A stretch of 64,000 bases of DNA from Rotaria socialis (taxonomy: Eukaryota). A program made the position numbers and the translations under genes. The stretch covers positions 124,001 through 188,000 of the forward strand of contig CAJNYD010000058.1 in assembly GCA_905331295.1 (NCBI GenBank), written 5' to 3'. The first letter of the stretch is position 1, and each line of letters starts with the position of its first letter. This document shows, one piece after another, positions 25,287 to 37,728 of the stretch. Under the pieces are notes generated by a model that did no database searches, had not been told where the DNA came from, and saw only the letters and a list, made by a program, of their open reading frames with translations.

Positions 25287-26742
25287 TTAGCTTAAAAATT
25301 TCATACTCATTTTATCGTCAGCATCAATACGTTCAAGTGTATTACAAAATTCTTCAAATGTTATTGATTTATCACCATCATCATCCTAAAAAGATGATAA
25401 TAAATAAAAAATTTATCCATCGTTATTTTTGCTTTCAGTAAGTTCATACCAATTCTCCAATCGTATGATCAGCAATTGTTGCAATTTGATCGTCATGAAT
25501 ATTACCACCAACCATCATTTTAAGAACGTCTAGTAATTCTCTTCGATCAATTTTCATATCATGATTTCTGTCATACATCTAAAAATGCAAATAACATTTT
25601 TGTTTTCTAATCAATTTTTGTCTTTAAATTACTTGCATCGAATAAAAATTTTAGTTTACTCTCACGTGTATTGAATTCGGTTGTTAATGATTTTGCTTTT
25701 CCACGACGAAATTTAGCAAGAAGAAAAATAAATTGTTTAAAGTTAATTTTATTATTTTCACCATAATCTTCCATGATTACATCAATCAAACGTTCTCCTA
25801 ACGGATTAATGTTGACCTAAACACATTGAGAAAAAAAGATTAATATTCATGAGAAAACATAAAACTATTATTAATTACTTCTGGGATGCACAATAGATCT
25901 TCACGTGTCAAAAATCCACAATCACGTTTATCTAATGCTTTAAAACGACTGTACAAACGTTGTACTTGTTTGGTTGTAAAACCTACGAAAAAAAAAGTGA
26001 TTAAACTACGAAGATATATTCTATTAATGAGTTTGAATCAAGCAGATAAAATCTACTCATTTGTTATTCTTCATGATACTAGTGCCGTACTCTCTTTATT
26101 TGTTAACAAAATTAAAATAATAGGATATCGTACACCGAACAATAAATTAGAATGGTGCCCGGTAACAAAAAGTATTGACAAAAAGTAGTAAAATGATGTG
26201 TAAGCATCAAATAGAAGGCAATATTTTATTCATTTTGAGATATAAACGTATTATTTACTGAACTTCCAGATTGCTTTTAACGAGATACATATAGCAGAAA
26301 ATCATATTACTATTTGGGAATCATTTATTTGTTCACTATAATATTTAGTACAAACATAAACATCTTACACACAGTTAGTAAATCCATTCATCGGAACCGA
26401 TATTAGTAGGGTATCATAAAGTAATGTTGCAGACAGGGGAACTCAGCCCCCATTGGGCATGTCTTTAACGGAGATGAAGAACTTCTGTTAATATTTATTG
26501 AAGACGCTCAAATCCCGTCTTTTTCAGCGGGAATCAACCATTCATTTGGAGACCGAGCGTGTCTGTAGTCTTCGTCGGATTATTATACGGCTAAGCAATA
26601 GCATCAAGCAATATTTTGTGCAAATTTATGTCTTTTCTGAATCATATGACTATTACGTCCATGGCACCGTTGACCAACCTGTCTGTTGACATATATTCTG
26701 CAAATCTTCTTGTTGAAGCATAATACTCGCATTCGAGCCCAT
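25287..26742 (-). CDS. CHP1: Calcineurin B homologous protein (EF-hand), multi-exon
   Basis: MGSNASIMLQQEDLQNICQQTG|FTTKQVQRLYSRFKALDKRDCGFLTREDLLCIPE|VNINPLGERLID...KLKFLFD...DDKMSMKFLS*. N-myristoylation Gly2. Confidence 0.9.
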
Positions 26743-27145
26743 GTTGAATATCTATCTAAAACAAATACAAACAACAAAGGAAAAAATTATGCTGAAGTAA
26801 AAAGGAAGTCATTCATTTCTGATGTTAAACATCAAAACCAACAACTACCAGCGTAATTAGTGAGGTATTCTCTTTTATTTCTCTCATGCTATTGATTTGT
26901 GAATGCAGTCAAAAAAAATTTTGTAAAAGTTGTTATTAACCATAGTGGCATGAAATAAACATCAAACGTTTTGATCATTAACAAGGAATAACTGTCGTAG
27001 CAACAACAACAACAACAACAATGAGTAACAACGGGTTCGATTAAAAGAAGCGCTGGGCGGTGAAAAAAAAAGAAGAAAGAAAACATGTTCCTAAGCACAC
27101 AGAAAACACACTAAGTTCAATGCCGTTCTCTCATTTGTCATTTGA

Positions 27146-29505
27146 TCATTCCTCCGATTCGCCAGGTAAACGAATATCATCAATTTTAAGAATCATTCGA
27201 ACGAGTTGCGTCGCTAAACTGATCTGTTGCCGTTTACCAATAAGTGTTTCAATAACCGATTGTTCCTTCATATCTAAATATAATTCAAATGAATTAGTTT
27301 TCAAAATCAAAATACTACCAGTGAAACTTACCACACGTTCCTTTATTGAGACAATCGATACCTAATCGTGGGTTATTTTGTCCAATTTGTTGCGCTTTAA
27401 TGTCAGATACGGTTTTTATTGGTGAATAACCACTGTTTTCCGCTAATGCTAACGGAACCGATTCAAGTGCATCAGCAAATGCTCGAATAGCATACTGTTC
27501 AATAGTTGCGATCTAACAAGAAAAATAAAATATATAAAAATGAATTTTATATAGATGTTTTAATTCAAACCTTGTTTGCCTCTTTGGCTACTTCAATGGC
27601 GCATGAAATTTCACTTGCACCACCACCATAGACGATACGATTGTCACGTACGAGATTTCGTACAACACATAATGCATCATGCAGGGCACGTTTTGCTTCT
27701 TCGACAACCTAAATTTGAGTAGCAACTAGAAAATTTATATTTTTTTCTTTCATCAATGCAATTACCATTTTATTGCCACCACGAACAAAGATAGTACATG
27801 TATTTGATTTTTTGCATTCTTCAATACATAGCATATGATCACTTGTTGTACCAAAATCAAGTTCACGTATGTGTCCTGCATGCCCTAATTTTTCAGCTGT
27901 TAATTCTTGAAATCGAGGAACAATACGACCACCAGTTGCGATAGCAATCAATTCAATTTCAGGCCCACCAACCCAACGAACTGCAGGTAAATCATGAGAG
28001 AGAAGTAAATGATTTGCTTCATCATCAAAGCCCCATTGACAAATAACTAAATTAGCGCCTGAATCTTTGATCTAATTAAAAATGTAGGATTAAATGTTAG
28101 AAAATTTTCATATTTCAGTATCTTCACGTACGGATTTTATCATTTCAGTAAATTTTTCTTTTTCATATTCGCGTAATTTTTTATAATCTTCAACATTTGT
28201 TATGTCTAATTTGTGTTTAGTTTTGGGTTTTGGTGGTTCGAATGGGCATGTTAAAATAGCTATTTTAGCATTACGAACTTCCTATTGAAAAGAATATACC
28301 ATTCAGTAAAATAAAATTGTAAAACAAACATATAATGATTGAAACTAACCTTAGGCATTTGAGGATGAGAAAATGTTTTATCCACAACAACACCTTTGAC
28401 TAAAAGTGTGTCTTCTAAACGACCACCAACTTTGCCTTGTACTTTAATAAGTTCAAAATTGACATCACGTCGTTCCATATCAGCAACATTCATAATTGCA
28501 TTGACAGCAATTTCAGCCATTTGACGTTGACAACGGTTAACACTAATAAAGAAAAACATACGTATGGTATACTTGTTTTTTCTATTATAGTTTCATGTTA
28601 ACTCACATTTTTGAACCCAATGTTGTCATAGCTGTATTAACCAATGGATCAAGTTTTGCTAAATCAAGTGGATAAGCTTCAGCAATTTTATCCAAATGTT
28701 CAAGTGCTATTTTTGCTGCTAGCTCATAACCATCAGCAATACGAATTGGATGAATGCCTTTGTCAAGAAGAGCTTCTGCATGTTCAAGCAATGCACCAGC
28801 CAAAACTATTTATTTGTTCATCATAACTTTTAAGTTCGACTGTTGAAAAAAACAAATAAGTAACTTACCGACAACACCTGTTGTTCCATCACCAATTTCA
28901 TCATCTTGCGATTTTGACAATTGAACAAGTAGTTTTCCAATTTCATTTTCAACATGCATCATACTAAGAATGGTTGCACCATCATTTGTTATTGTAATAT
29001 CTCCATCTGGTGATACCATACATTTATCCATACCTTTGAAGAAAATGCGAAAAAATCTATTTTTGTATCATCAATGAAAATGAAATTCGACTTTTTACCT
29101 CGTGGGCCTAATGATGTTTTGAGTGTATCAGCTACTGCTTTGCCAGCCAAGATATGTGACTAAAATGTAATAGAACTAAAAAGTTAACCAATTAAAAAAA
29201 GAACAATTATTCAAGCAGTATCCTTTTTCACAGCATAACGAAACTAAAGACTAATCGGTTCTTCTATGGGAACACAACTATTCGTATTTTATTACTTGCT
29301 TTTCGTTTTATAACATGAATTGATATAAGACGTAAATCTTTTTTTCTTTTAAATTATATGTCAGAATCAAGAATAAATATAAGAAGAAAAAAATATGGAC
29401 CTTATGAGCTTCGATACCAAACAGACGTTTTTTTGAATCTTGTCCTTTGAGGATAATTACAGGACGACCAAATTCGTCGAAAGCAAGTGTTCCTACAGAC
29501 GGCAT
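27146..29505 (-). CDS. CCT5: T-complex protein 1 subunit epsilon, multi-exon
   Basis: [55 protein letters not shown], and C-terminus [29 protein letters not shown]. Confidence 0.96.
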
Positions 29506-32268
29506 TACGATTGATCGACCTAGTTTGAACTAAAGGAATATCAGAAAAATGATCAATGCTAAAAGAAAGACGAAAAAAATAATAAACGATGACTCTATAT
29601 CACCACGACTCCAGCATTTGTTTGTTTATTCGAAATTCTGTTACATTCTAACGTTACCTATTGGCCAATCGATTGATTATAAATAAATAAAATGTTTAAC
29701 GTATTTATCTTGTTAAAAAATGAATATATAAAATTTTCTTCATCATGATCGACTGGAAAAAATCAATTCAATGTTTTAATAGCGGACTTTTTTCTATAGA
29801 GGTCCTTGCTTAGCAACATATTCTAGTGTCTTTTTTCTGATAGATGACGTATTTGTGTATCGTCTCTGTAAGCTGCCATTAAGTCAACATTCAATTAAAA
29901 CTTATAGAAAAAAATCCGATAATAAGTAACATTGTGAACTTGCGCTGTAACTACTTGTGATACAAGTCGATCAAGTTCTCTGTTTAATCACTCGAATGAC
30001 AATTATCTAAAAGCTAAGATCTCAACAAATTAATAATACTGCTCATCATCGTAATATGAATGGCAGGGAATTTCTCATATATGTATCTAAAAGTTTTTCA
30101 ATGGAAAAATAATGTATTCTATTTAAATTTTATAACGTACAATAACATATAATTAGAATGACAATTTTTATTTTCTTTTGCAAAGTAGCTTTTCTCTTAC
30201 TCATACGTTACCTTTTTGATAAATATATAAGCTTATCTTTTTCTTATAAAACATAAAATAACATTGTTTCTATTCTTATTTAAAATTCTTTTCAAATAGC
30301 ATCTCTTGAAAATTATCAGTTACTTTTCGTAAAGTACTATAAGTGACATGAAGAGAAACTGGCATAAAGAATGAACAGGTCAATTGGTTTAATTAGACCC
30401 TAAGTGGTATTGTTTGCGCAGCAGAGTCTAATTTAATCCAAAATGAAAACATCGCACTCCGCTTAGATGAGTAATCCATATTCTCTTTTTCTAAAACGAA
30501 AATTGAGTTCTATTGACTTTTACTCAATTCTGTCTCTTCACACAACGAATAAAAAAAGTAAAAGATTATAATTCAAATACTGAAATTCTTTGTTTATTAA
30601 TGAAGCCTGATAACTAAAATATATAGATTTAGATTTAGTGAAAATTGTCGATTGTCACTGAATTTTCATTCCTCGCTTCGATTTATTCGAAGTGACTTTA
30701 TATATGTTATGTGAATTATCTCGAGTTGTAAACATTTGCGTTTTCTTTTAAATTTAGCTATATGATCTTAGACCTCAGTTAGTAAATACGTATGAAAGAA
30801 AATAGATTAAGTTTATATTTATGTCAGTATTGTCGAATTTGCAATAATTCGTATGCAATAAATAATTATTCTACGTTGTGCATATTTTCTTCATATTCAT
30901 TCGTGTATTGGGAAGTATACTGATTGTAGGACATCGCCGTTTGTTTCTCACCTATGCATCATGAAAATAATCTATCGGGGACATTGCTAGTTTTCAAAAA
31001 TTTCATTTGTTGGCGAGTATGTCGATTTCACTTGAGATTCTTTTTTTTTACCGATGTCTTATTTTTTTACAAAGCGAAATATTTTGCCCTGATATACGAT
31101 GCACTAGATCTGATAGTAACGATATGACTAATTGAAGGCGTTGCGTTCGACGTAAGAATGAATGCTGATGGATCAAGCTATTACTGTTTTTGTTTTATAT
31201 AACACAAATTAAAGATTGTAAGACAGATGAAATACGGTCAAAAAAAATTAGAAATATTTATGCTTAAAAAACTAGCGTCTTACAATCTTATGTGATTCCG
31301 AACGTTGTTTTGTAATAAATCAATTGAACCTCAACGATGAGGATCAGTTTATCGTATCAGTGTCACAAAAGTGTTGCTGCAAGTTATATGAGAATGTGGT
31401 CCGACAAGAACTAACTTATGTTAGAGGGAAATCCCCAAAAATCATTCTGTAATAACAAAAAATCATTGACTCAAATATAAGTAAAATGATTTTTAGTAAA
31501 AAAAAATGACTCCTCATGCTTTCAATTAAGGGAGAATGAGAGAATAGTAGACTACGCAATAAGATTTGATTTCAACACATCACACTTTGTAGAAACATTA
31601 AATAAAAAAAAAGAATACTGGTTGTGCCGATATTGATGGCACATTTGGATGATTCTCCTTCCTACTCTTTCTATTCTCTTTCCATTGTTCTAATATATCT
31701 CTCTCCTATATATATACGTGCGTTATGCATGAAGTTGTGACACTCTGGATATGTGAAGAAGCGAATAAACATCATTGCCTAGAGTGGCGCTAAGCTACTC
31801 CACCTCGATCCAGTTTGTCTTAGTAAATCGACCAGCAAGAGTCTTATTTATCGTTACAGTGGTGCACTTAAGTAAAAATCCAACTAAACGGCAAAGATGG
31901 TATTGATAGTTAACGACATCTGCTAAAGACTTCCGTATTTAAACTGTAAAACAAATCGAATGGTAACGTCTTCTATAGCCACATTTTGGTTTAATTTATA
32001 GTAAATAGTGTATCTGTCCCAAGATACATTATTGTGTGTAGGCGTTTAACTATAAATATATGTGTCATTGATCAATCAAAAATTCAGCCAAATTTCGGAT
32101 TGGCCAAGGTCAACATTCTATGTTTCGACTTTATGCTTTAAAGTACAAACTCCAAGTAAGCAAAATATTTAAAGCAAAACTCAATTTTAGTCCTGAAATC
32201 GATGTTACATTCAAGATTTACTTTGATGAATGACAACATATTGTGTGGCATTTACGTTTGTTATACTT

Positions 32269-32986
32269 CCCACGGAAAAAACAATTATACAAAACCGTGG
32301 CTTGATCCGAGAAAACCGCGGTATTGTTTTGATCCCATTTAAAACCGCGGTTATCAACGGTTTTTCAAATCGCGATGCACTCGATAATAACCGTGGTTCA
32401 GAATACAGCGGTTATTAACGGTTTTTTAAACCGCGGTGTACTCGATAATAACCGCGGTTCTGAATATAGCGGTTATTAACGGTTTTTTAAACCGCGGTGT
32501 ACTCAATAATAACCGCGGTTCTGAATATAGCGGTTATTAACGGTTGTTCAAATCGCGATGCACTCGATAATAACCGCGGTTCTGAATATAGCGGTTATTA
32601 ACGGTTGTTCAAATCGCGATGCACTCGATAATAACCGCGGTTCTGAATATAGCGGTTGTTAACGGTTTTTTAAACCGCGTTTGGATATAACGGTAGTCAG
32701 ACCATTTATGCGTTTCAAAACCGCGGGATTCAGACCATTTATACCTTTCAAAAATACCGCCTGAAACCGCGGTTTGCAACGGTTTTCAGAACCGCGGTAT
32801 GCGACGGTTTGCAAAACCGCGAAAGTCAGACTATCTATGCGTATCTCTAAAACCGCGGTTCTGGGCGTTGTTAGAGATACGCATAGATGGTCTGAGTCTG
32901 ACTTTTGCTATTCGAAAATACCGACTGAAACCGCGGTTTTTGTGACCGCTGATTACCGCGGTTTTTGAAAACATTTTCTCCGTGGG
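32269..32986. mobile_element. Non-autonomous DNA transposon with CCC termini, 2-bp TSD and internal minisatellite
   Basis: TIR CCCACGGAAAAA / TTTTCTCCGTGGG with TT on both flanks. Many AACCGCGGTT palindromes. Confidence 0.75.
32350..32679. repeat. 61-bp tandem repeat, ~5 copies
   Basis: Unit GTTATTAACGGTTTTTTAAACCGCGGTGTACTCGATAATAACCGCGGTTCTGAATATAGCG repeated with two alternating variants. Confidence 0.9.
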
Positions 32987-33169
32987 TTGCCTTTGAATTC
33001 AGTATTAGATGGAAAAAGTTGTTTCATGTGTAAATAGATATTGCATTGAAACTTTTTTTGTAACTTTTTAAATCAGAATTTCATTTTCAATCGATTGTCT
33101 ACAGAAAATGTTTTATCCCTGTTTCGTAGTACATTATTAAAAGAAATCTTAAATATATCATTAATTTAA

Positions 33170-33548
33170 GCCGCCATGGTTGAGTGGATATGTTATTCGA
33201 CACATATTCACAAGGTACTGTGTTCAAACCACAGTATCACCAACCATGGAATAACCCTGAGCAAGTTACTAACGGCTAATTGTTTCGGACGACTCATCCG
33301 ATAGCGTATCCATTATATCATTAGTCAGTATGCAGTGTCAAAACAATGACTTCAGCATAGATGTCACGGCCACGTGATCCTATGATGATCGCCAATCCAT
33401 AATCATTAACGGGGGAAGCGTTGGACGAATGGGGTGCAGATACCGTCTCCTGTAAAAGAGAAAAAACGATAGAGCCTGGCTGCTTGTGGACCCTTTAGTG
33501 CCGGCCCCAAAGAGCGATAAGCTTATGGGAGATATTATTATTATTATT
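33170..33548 (+). mobile_element. tRNA-derived SINE with CORE-like segment, copy 1
   Basis: A box TGGTTGAGTGG, B box GTTCAAACC, CORE-like ACCCTGAGCAAGTTACTAAC, (TAT)n tail. Degenerate 15-bp TSD ATATCATTAATTTAA / ATATCACTGATTTAG. Confidence 0.8.
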
Positions 33549-34743
33549 ATATCACTGATTTAGAGACTCAAATTAATCTTTGAGCTAAGAGTTTTGCTTC
33601 ATCGGAGTTCGGACTAGCCTATGGCATATGCATAGTTCCGGTTAACAATACGAATAGCTATGAATAAACCATTTTCCATTGAAGAAAAGAAAATGGCAAC
33701 CAAGTAAAGTACTTTTTTCCTAATATAAATTTATCCGCTAAGTAACTTTTTCGCAGATAGCTTTCATTCTTAAAATATTTCTATACCAATGAGTACTAAG
33801 ATGCATATATTATCAGTTCTCGTAAGTTAAATCATCAAGATTTTATTGAATTATATATTCTACAAAGGATATCTGAGAGCAGAACAGCTATGATTATATA
33901 TATTTTAAATTGAATTATTCAATACTGCGGAGTTGATAGAAGATAATTGTTTTTTATTTTAAGAAAAAATGCTATAAAAAAACTGAGCTATGCATGTGTA
34001 ATCTTCGTTTAAATTACCATAAATCTTAAATTAGATTAAATACTTTTGCTTGATTGTCTATTTAAAGTACACTTTTCCATCTATTCAATAATACTGTCAT
34101 CAAACGCAGTAGGGCAATATCGATGCAATATAGGTATGACAACTAGATTGAATTTTATTAAAATGTAACATGTTGCTTAACATTAGAGTGTGCTCCAGTA
34201 AAATTGAATCAACTTTTAAATTAAAAGAAAGCACTAGAATGATGAAAGAAAAATTGAAAATATTTTTTAGTTAAAGTGTAACTGAGAAACAAAGAAACAA
34301 AGAATAAGTAGCTTATGGGGGAAAAGAAGGCTAGAATACAGTAAATTTCAAAACTTCACAATTAATCCAACAATGATTTATCAATAACTTTGAATACGAC
34401 TAACAAAAGTGTCATTTTGAAATTTGAGTTTTGTTTATATTTTGACTGGTATTTCAAATTTATTTTACTGTGTGATAAATATTACCAGCTTGTTTTTATT
34501 ACCATTGATGTTATTCCATTAAATATACATCTTGTATCACAGGTGATCAAGTATTACAGTATCACAACAGTAATCATAACAGACCCCTAAGCAACCATAC
34601 GTATCTAAAGTCATTCCATAAGGTATTATATTTATATCGTTGGCTTCATTAGATTTTTTTGATCATTGGGAAAAGCCTATAGATTAGCTAGAAATAATCC
34701 ATTTAAATTATTTTTTCAGATTTTCTTCAAATATACAACAAAT

Positions 34744-35223
34744 ATGAATCGTATACAAGCATTGAAAAAAATTCAACAAACTTGTGGCTATGATTTCAAA
34801 AATATAGATCTTTTGGAAGAAGCATTTACACATGATAGCAACCGTGTGAACGATCGAACAATTCGCACATATCAAAGATTAGAATTTCTCGGTGACAGTG
34901 TATTAAATTTAGTCGTTAGTGAACATCTTTATCGCAGTCATCCTGACTTCAACGAAGGTCAAATGACAAACAAACGAAAAGAACTCACTGAAGCAGTAAA
35001 ACAAACTCAAATAGCTGAAAAGCTGAACATAAAGGAGTATATCGTATTTGGACAAAGTGTTAACAAAGAAAAATTCTCAAAGTATCATAGTTTTATTGAA
35101 TCATTAATTGGTGCCGTTTATATTGATGGTGGATTAGAAGCATCACGTGGCGTCATTAAACGCCTTTGGGAAATTAATGATAATTCGAATACAGCTGCTA
35201 ATACTAGTTGCGTAATGTCATAG
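34744..35223 (+). CDS. Stand-alone RNase III catalytic domain (159 aa), no dsRBD, C-terminal CaaX (CVMS)
   Basis: GYDFKNIDLLEEAFTHDS...YQRLEFLGDSVLNLVVSEHLY..HP...EGQMT..R...FIESLIGAVYIDGG. ATG at 34744 follows an acceptor at ~34719. Intronless CDS. Confidence 0.9.
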   Translation: MNRIQALKKIQQTCGYDFKNIDLLEEAFTHDSNRVNDRTIRTYQRLEFLGDSVLNLVVSEHLYRSHPDFNEGQMTNKRKELTEAVKQTQIAEKLNIKEYIVFGQSVNKEKFSKYHSFIESLIGAVYIDGGLEASRGVIKRLWEINDNSNTAANTSCVMS

Positions 35224-35890
35224 ATTTTCACTCGGTGTAGTTTAACTGACATTAATATCAATGAATTACGACAAAACCAAAAAAATATAATTCAATATTT
35301 TATTCAACGATTTCTATTTCTTTTTTTCATAATTTATTAAAATCAATTCTTTTTTTATATTGATTCCAGAGAACGACACAGATTTCTGAAAGAAAAATTA
35401 ACTTTGACTTTTCCAGAGTATTTCTATCTGGTATCATTTTACTGTTGTAATATTTGTAAAAGCAAGAGAATAATAATTTTTCTGAGTCAATTAAATTCAA
35501 ATGAACTGTGAAATAGAATCAGTTCTAAGCAATGGAAATTATCTACCTAACAGAAGTTATTTTAAGAATTCTAATATAGTTATGAATAATTATATCGAAG
35601 AAAAATATTCAAGATTACATTACGTTAACTTTTACGTCATCAGAACTGTAAATTAAGAGAGCACTTTTTCTTTGATAAACAAAAATACTAAATCTGTCAG
35701 ACAAGAAAGTTCAATGACATTCGTTTTTATTAAGATAATTTCTTCTACTTCTACACATACAATCTGTTTTTCGATTGAGTTTTTCTTTTCTTCACAAGCA
35801 TTTTGCCGATCAAATTTTGCTTAGTTATAGCGTTGTTTCAATAAATATTTTATTTTTGATGTGCACAATTTACGTTATGTATGAATCCAA

Positions 35891-36790
35891 TTAATTATTT
35901 TTTTTTGCTTTAAACAGCCATCCTTCCCACAACATATTATAGTGATATAAAGTTGTATGTGTTATTTCTAGGGCTTGCTGTATCTGGCAATAAATACACG
36001 ATGACCCTGATAGAAGTCCAGAATGTGTAGCAAATTGAATAATTCGAAAGTATTGTGTCATATTATTAAGTATTAGAGCCGGTATTACTTCAAATTCACA
36101 TCCTTCACAATTTATACTAATCATATCGATTATGCCAGTTTTCGTTCTAGTCCTTTGAATATCTCTAATAATTGAAACAATATTAAGTAGCTCGATTTTT
36201 TGAATAGTAGATGAATTTGTCGAACTAATCTTTCGAAAAATACTTGTGCCAGCATTACCAAAATCATGTGGTTCAATTAATAAAGTTCTTGCACGATTGC
36301 CAAGGCCATATGGATAAATTTGTACTTTAGGATTTGACTTAAATTGTTCTGTTAGACTTTTCCACATCGGCACTAGAGGTTCATAACTAATTATGAATGG
36401 ATTATACAATTCAATAAATTTAACTGTATCATGTCCACGATTTCCACCGACTTCAATAATAAGTGATGTAGAATTCAATAGATTTTTATGTGCCGTATGA
36501 CGTATCCCTTCAACATTCCAAAAAGATCCATCAGAACCCCGCGATAAGCATTTTTGATAGTTTGACGGATTTCCGTATGATAAGTTTTTCCATGTCTCGC
36601 AAGTAAAATTTCCATAGATAATAGTCGGCGACGTAAGAGCTGCATTGATAAATAAAGTCAAATGTTTATCTGCTTTTAGAAATACTAACATTAAAATAAG
36701 TATAAATCCACTCAATGAAAAATAAATCAATTTTTTCTGTGAGATCATGGCGAATAAATAATGATTTTTGCAATATGTGATAATGTTCAT
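35891..36790 (-). CDS. FkbM-family (Methyltransf_21-like) SAM-dependent methyltransferase with N-terminal membrane anchor
   Basis: IIEVGGNRG motif I, ISYEPL, IYPYGLG, IDMISINCEGCEFEVI. Hydrophobic LIYFSLSGFILILMLVFL. Intronless; the true start may be the second Met (MISQKK). Confidence 0.85.
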   Translation of the reverse strand: MNIITYCKNHYLFAMISQKKLIYFSLSGFILILMLVFLKADKHLTLFINAALTSPTIIYGNFTCETWKNLSYGNPSNYQKCLSRGSDGSFWNVEGIRHTAHKNLLNSTSLIIEVGGNRGHDTVKFIELYNPFIISYEPLVPMWKSLTEQFKSNPKVQIYPYGLGNRARTLLIEPHDFGNAGTSIFRKISSTNSSTIQKIELLNIVSIIRDIQRTRTKTGIIDMISINCEGCEFEVIPALILNNMTQYFRIIQFATHSGLLSGSSCIYCQIQQALEITHTTLYHYNMLWEGWLFKAKKNN

Positions 36791-37728
36791 TTTGTAAGAT
36801 TATGTATAATTCTAAATTATATTATTTTAGAAATTGTTAAATCAAATTCGAACGACTTAAAAAAGATCTGCATAATGCAATTATATAAGCCCCAGTAAAG
36901 CTAAAAATCTACCGGCGCCGACTGACGCACATAAACCGCAAGTCTTCATCACTTTGGGAATTACGAAATATATATGGTAAAAATACGATGCATTTAGAGC
37001 CGAAGAAATCACGCTATGCGATCATTTTATTATTACTTTATGTATGCCATACGCGATATGGTGGCAACATGGTTGTAACTCAGAAACTTGCTTTAAAGAT
37101 AAAATATATTGTGTATGCTGCCAATATTTAATTGTCTATGATCGTAAAAACTCTTATACTTTGGTCGTATTCAATCTTCTAAGTATTTTCTGCGAATAAA
37201 ATCCAGCAAACTTCTTCTGTTAAGTTCATGACTGAATAATTTTGAAATAGGTTTTACTCGAAACTACGAATTGATAGTGCACGATATTTTATTACTTATT
37301 TGTCAAACAGTACAATTGATCTATAATGCCACATCAGCACCTAACTTCATATTTCAGTCTGTCATTTCAAATAAAACGCCTATGGAGTTGTCTGTTTATA
37401 TACTTAACAGATGGTTGATGTGTTTTATGTACACAAATACATTTTTTTATTTGTGAATAGAAGCTTGAAGTGCTTCTCTACTTTCAGAAAAAAATCGACT
37501 CATTTGATTGAGGCATAGTAGAAATATACGAAATGTTTTTTTTTGTTGAATTACCTTTTGGATGTTGCGTATTTGTCCTATATTTAAACTATCTGTGCTA
37601 TACCATATTACACTTTCATATATTCATCACATAATCGAAAAAGCACTAGTATTTTTTTTTGCCTACAGTCTATAATTTCGTATGAGGCAATTAGGAACAT
37701 GTTTACATGTCAATATATAACCTTATGA

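Noticed and set aside
26420..26570. RNase MRP/P, U3 or U17 RNA
   Set aside because: A GGGGCTGA resembling MRP CR-V is present, but the matching GAAAGTCCCC CR-I and the U3/U17 box motifs are absent.
32350..32679. CRISPR-like array
   Set aside because: Contiguous tandem units with no unique spacers, no cas genes, and a eukaryotic context.
33170..33245. Functional tRNA gene
   Set aside because: A and B boxes are present, but I could not build a convincing acceptor stem, and the sequence continues into a 380-bp repeat body.
34666..34743. N-terminal extension of RNase III ORF from TTG
   Set aside because: Non-ATG start with intron-like sequence ending in TTTTTTCAG; ATG 34744 aligns with the domain start.
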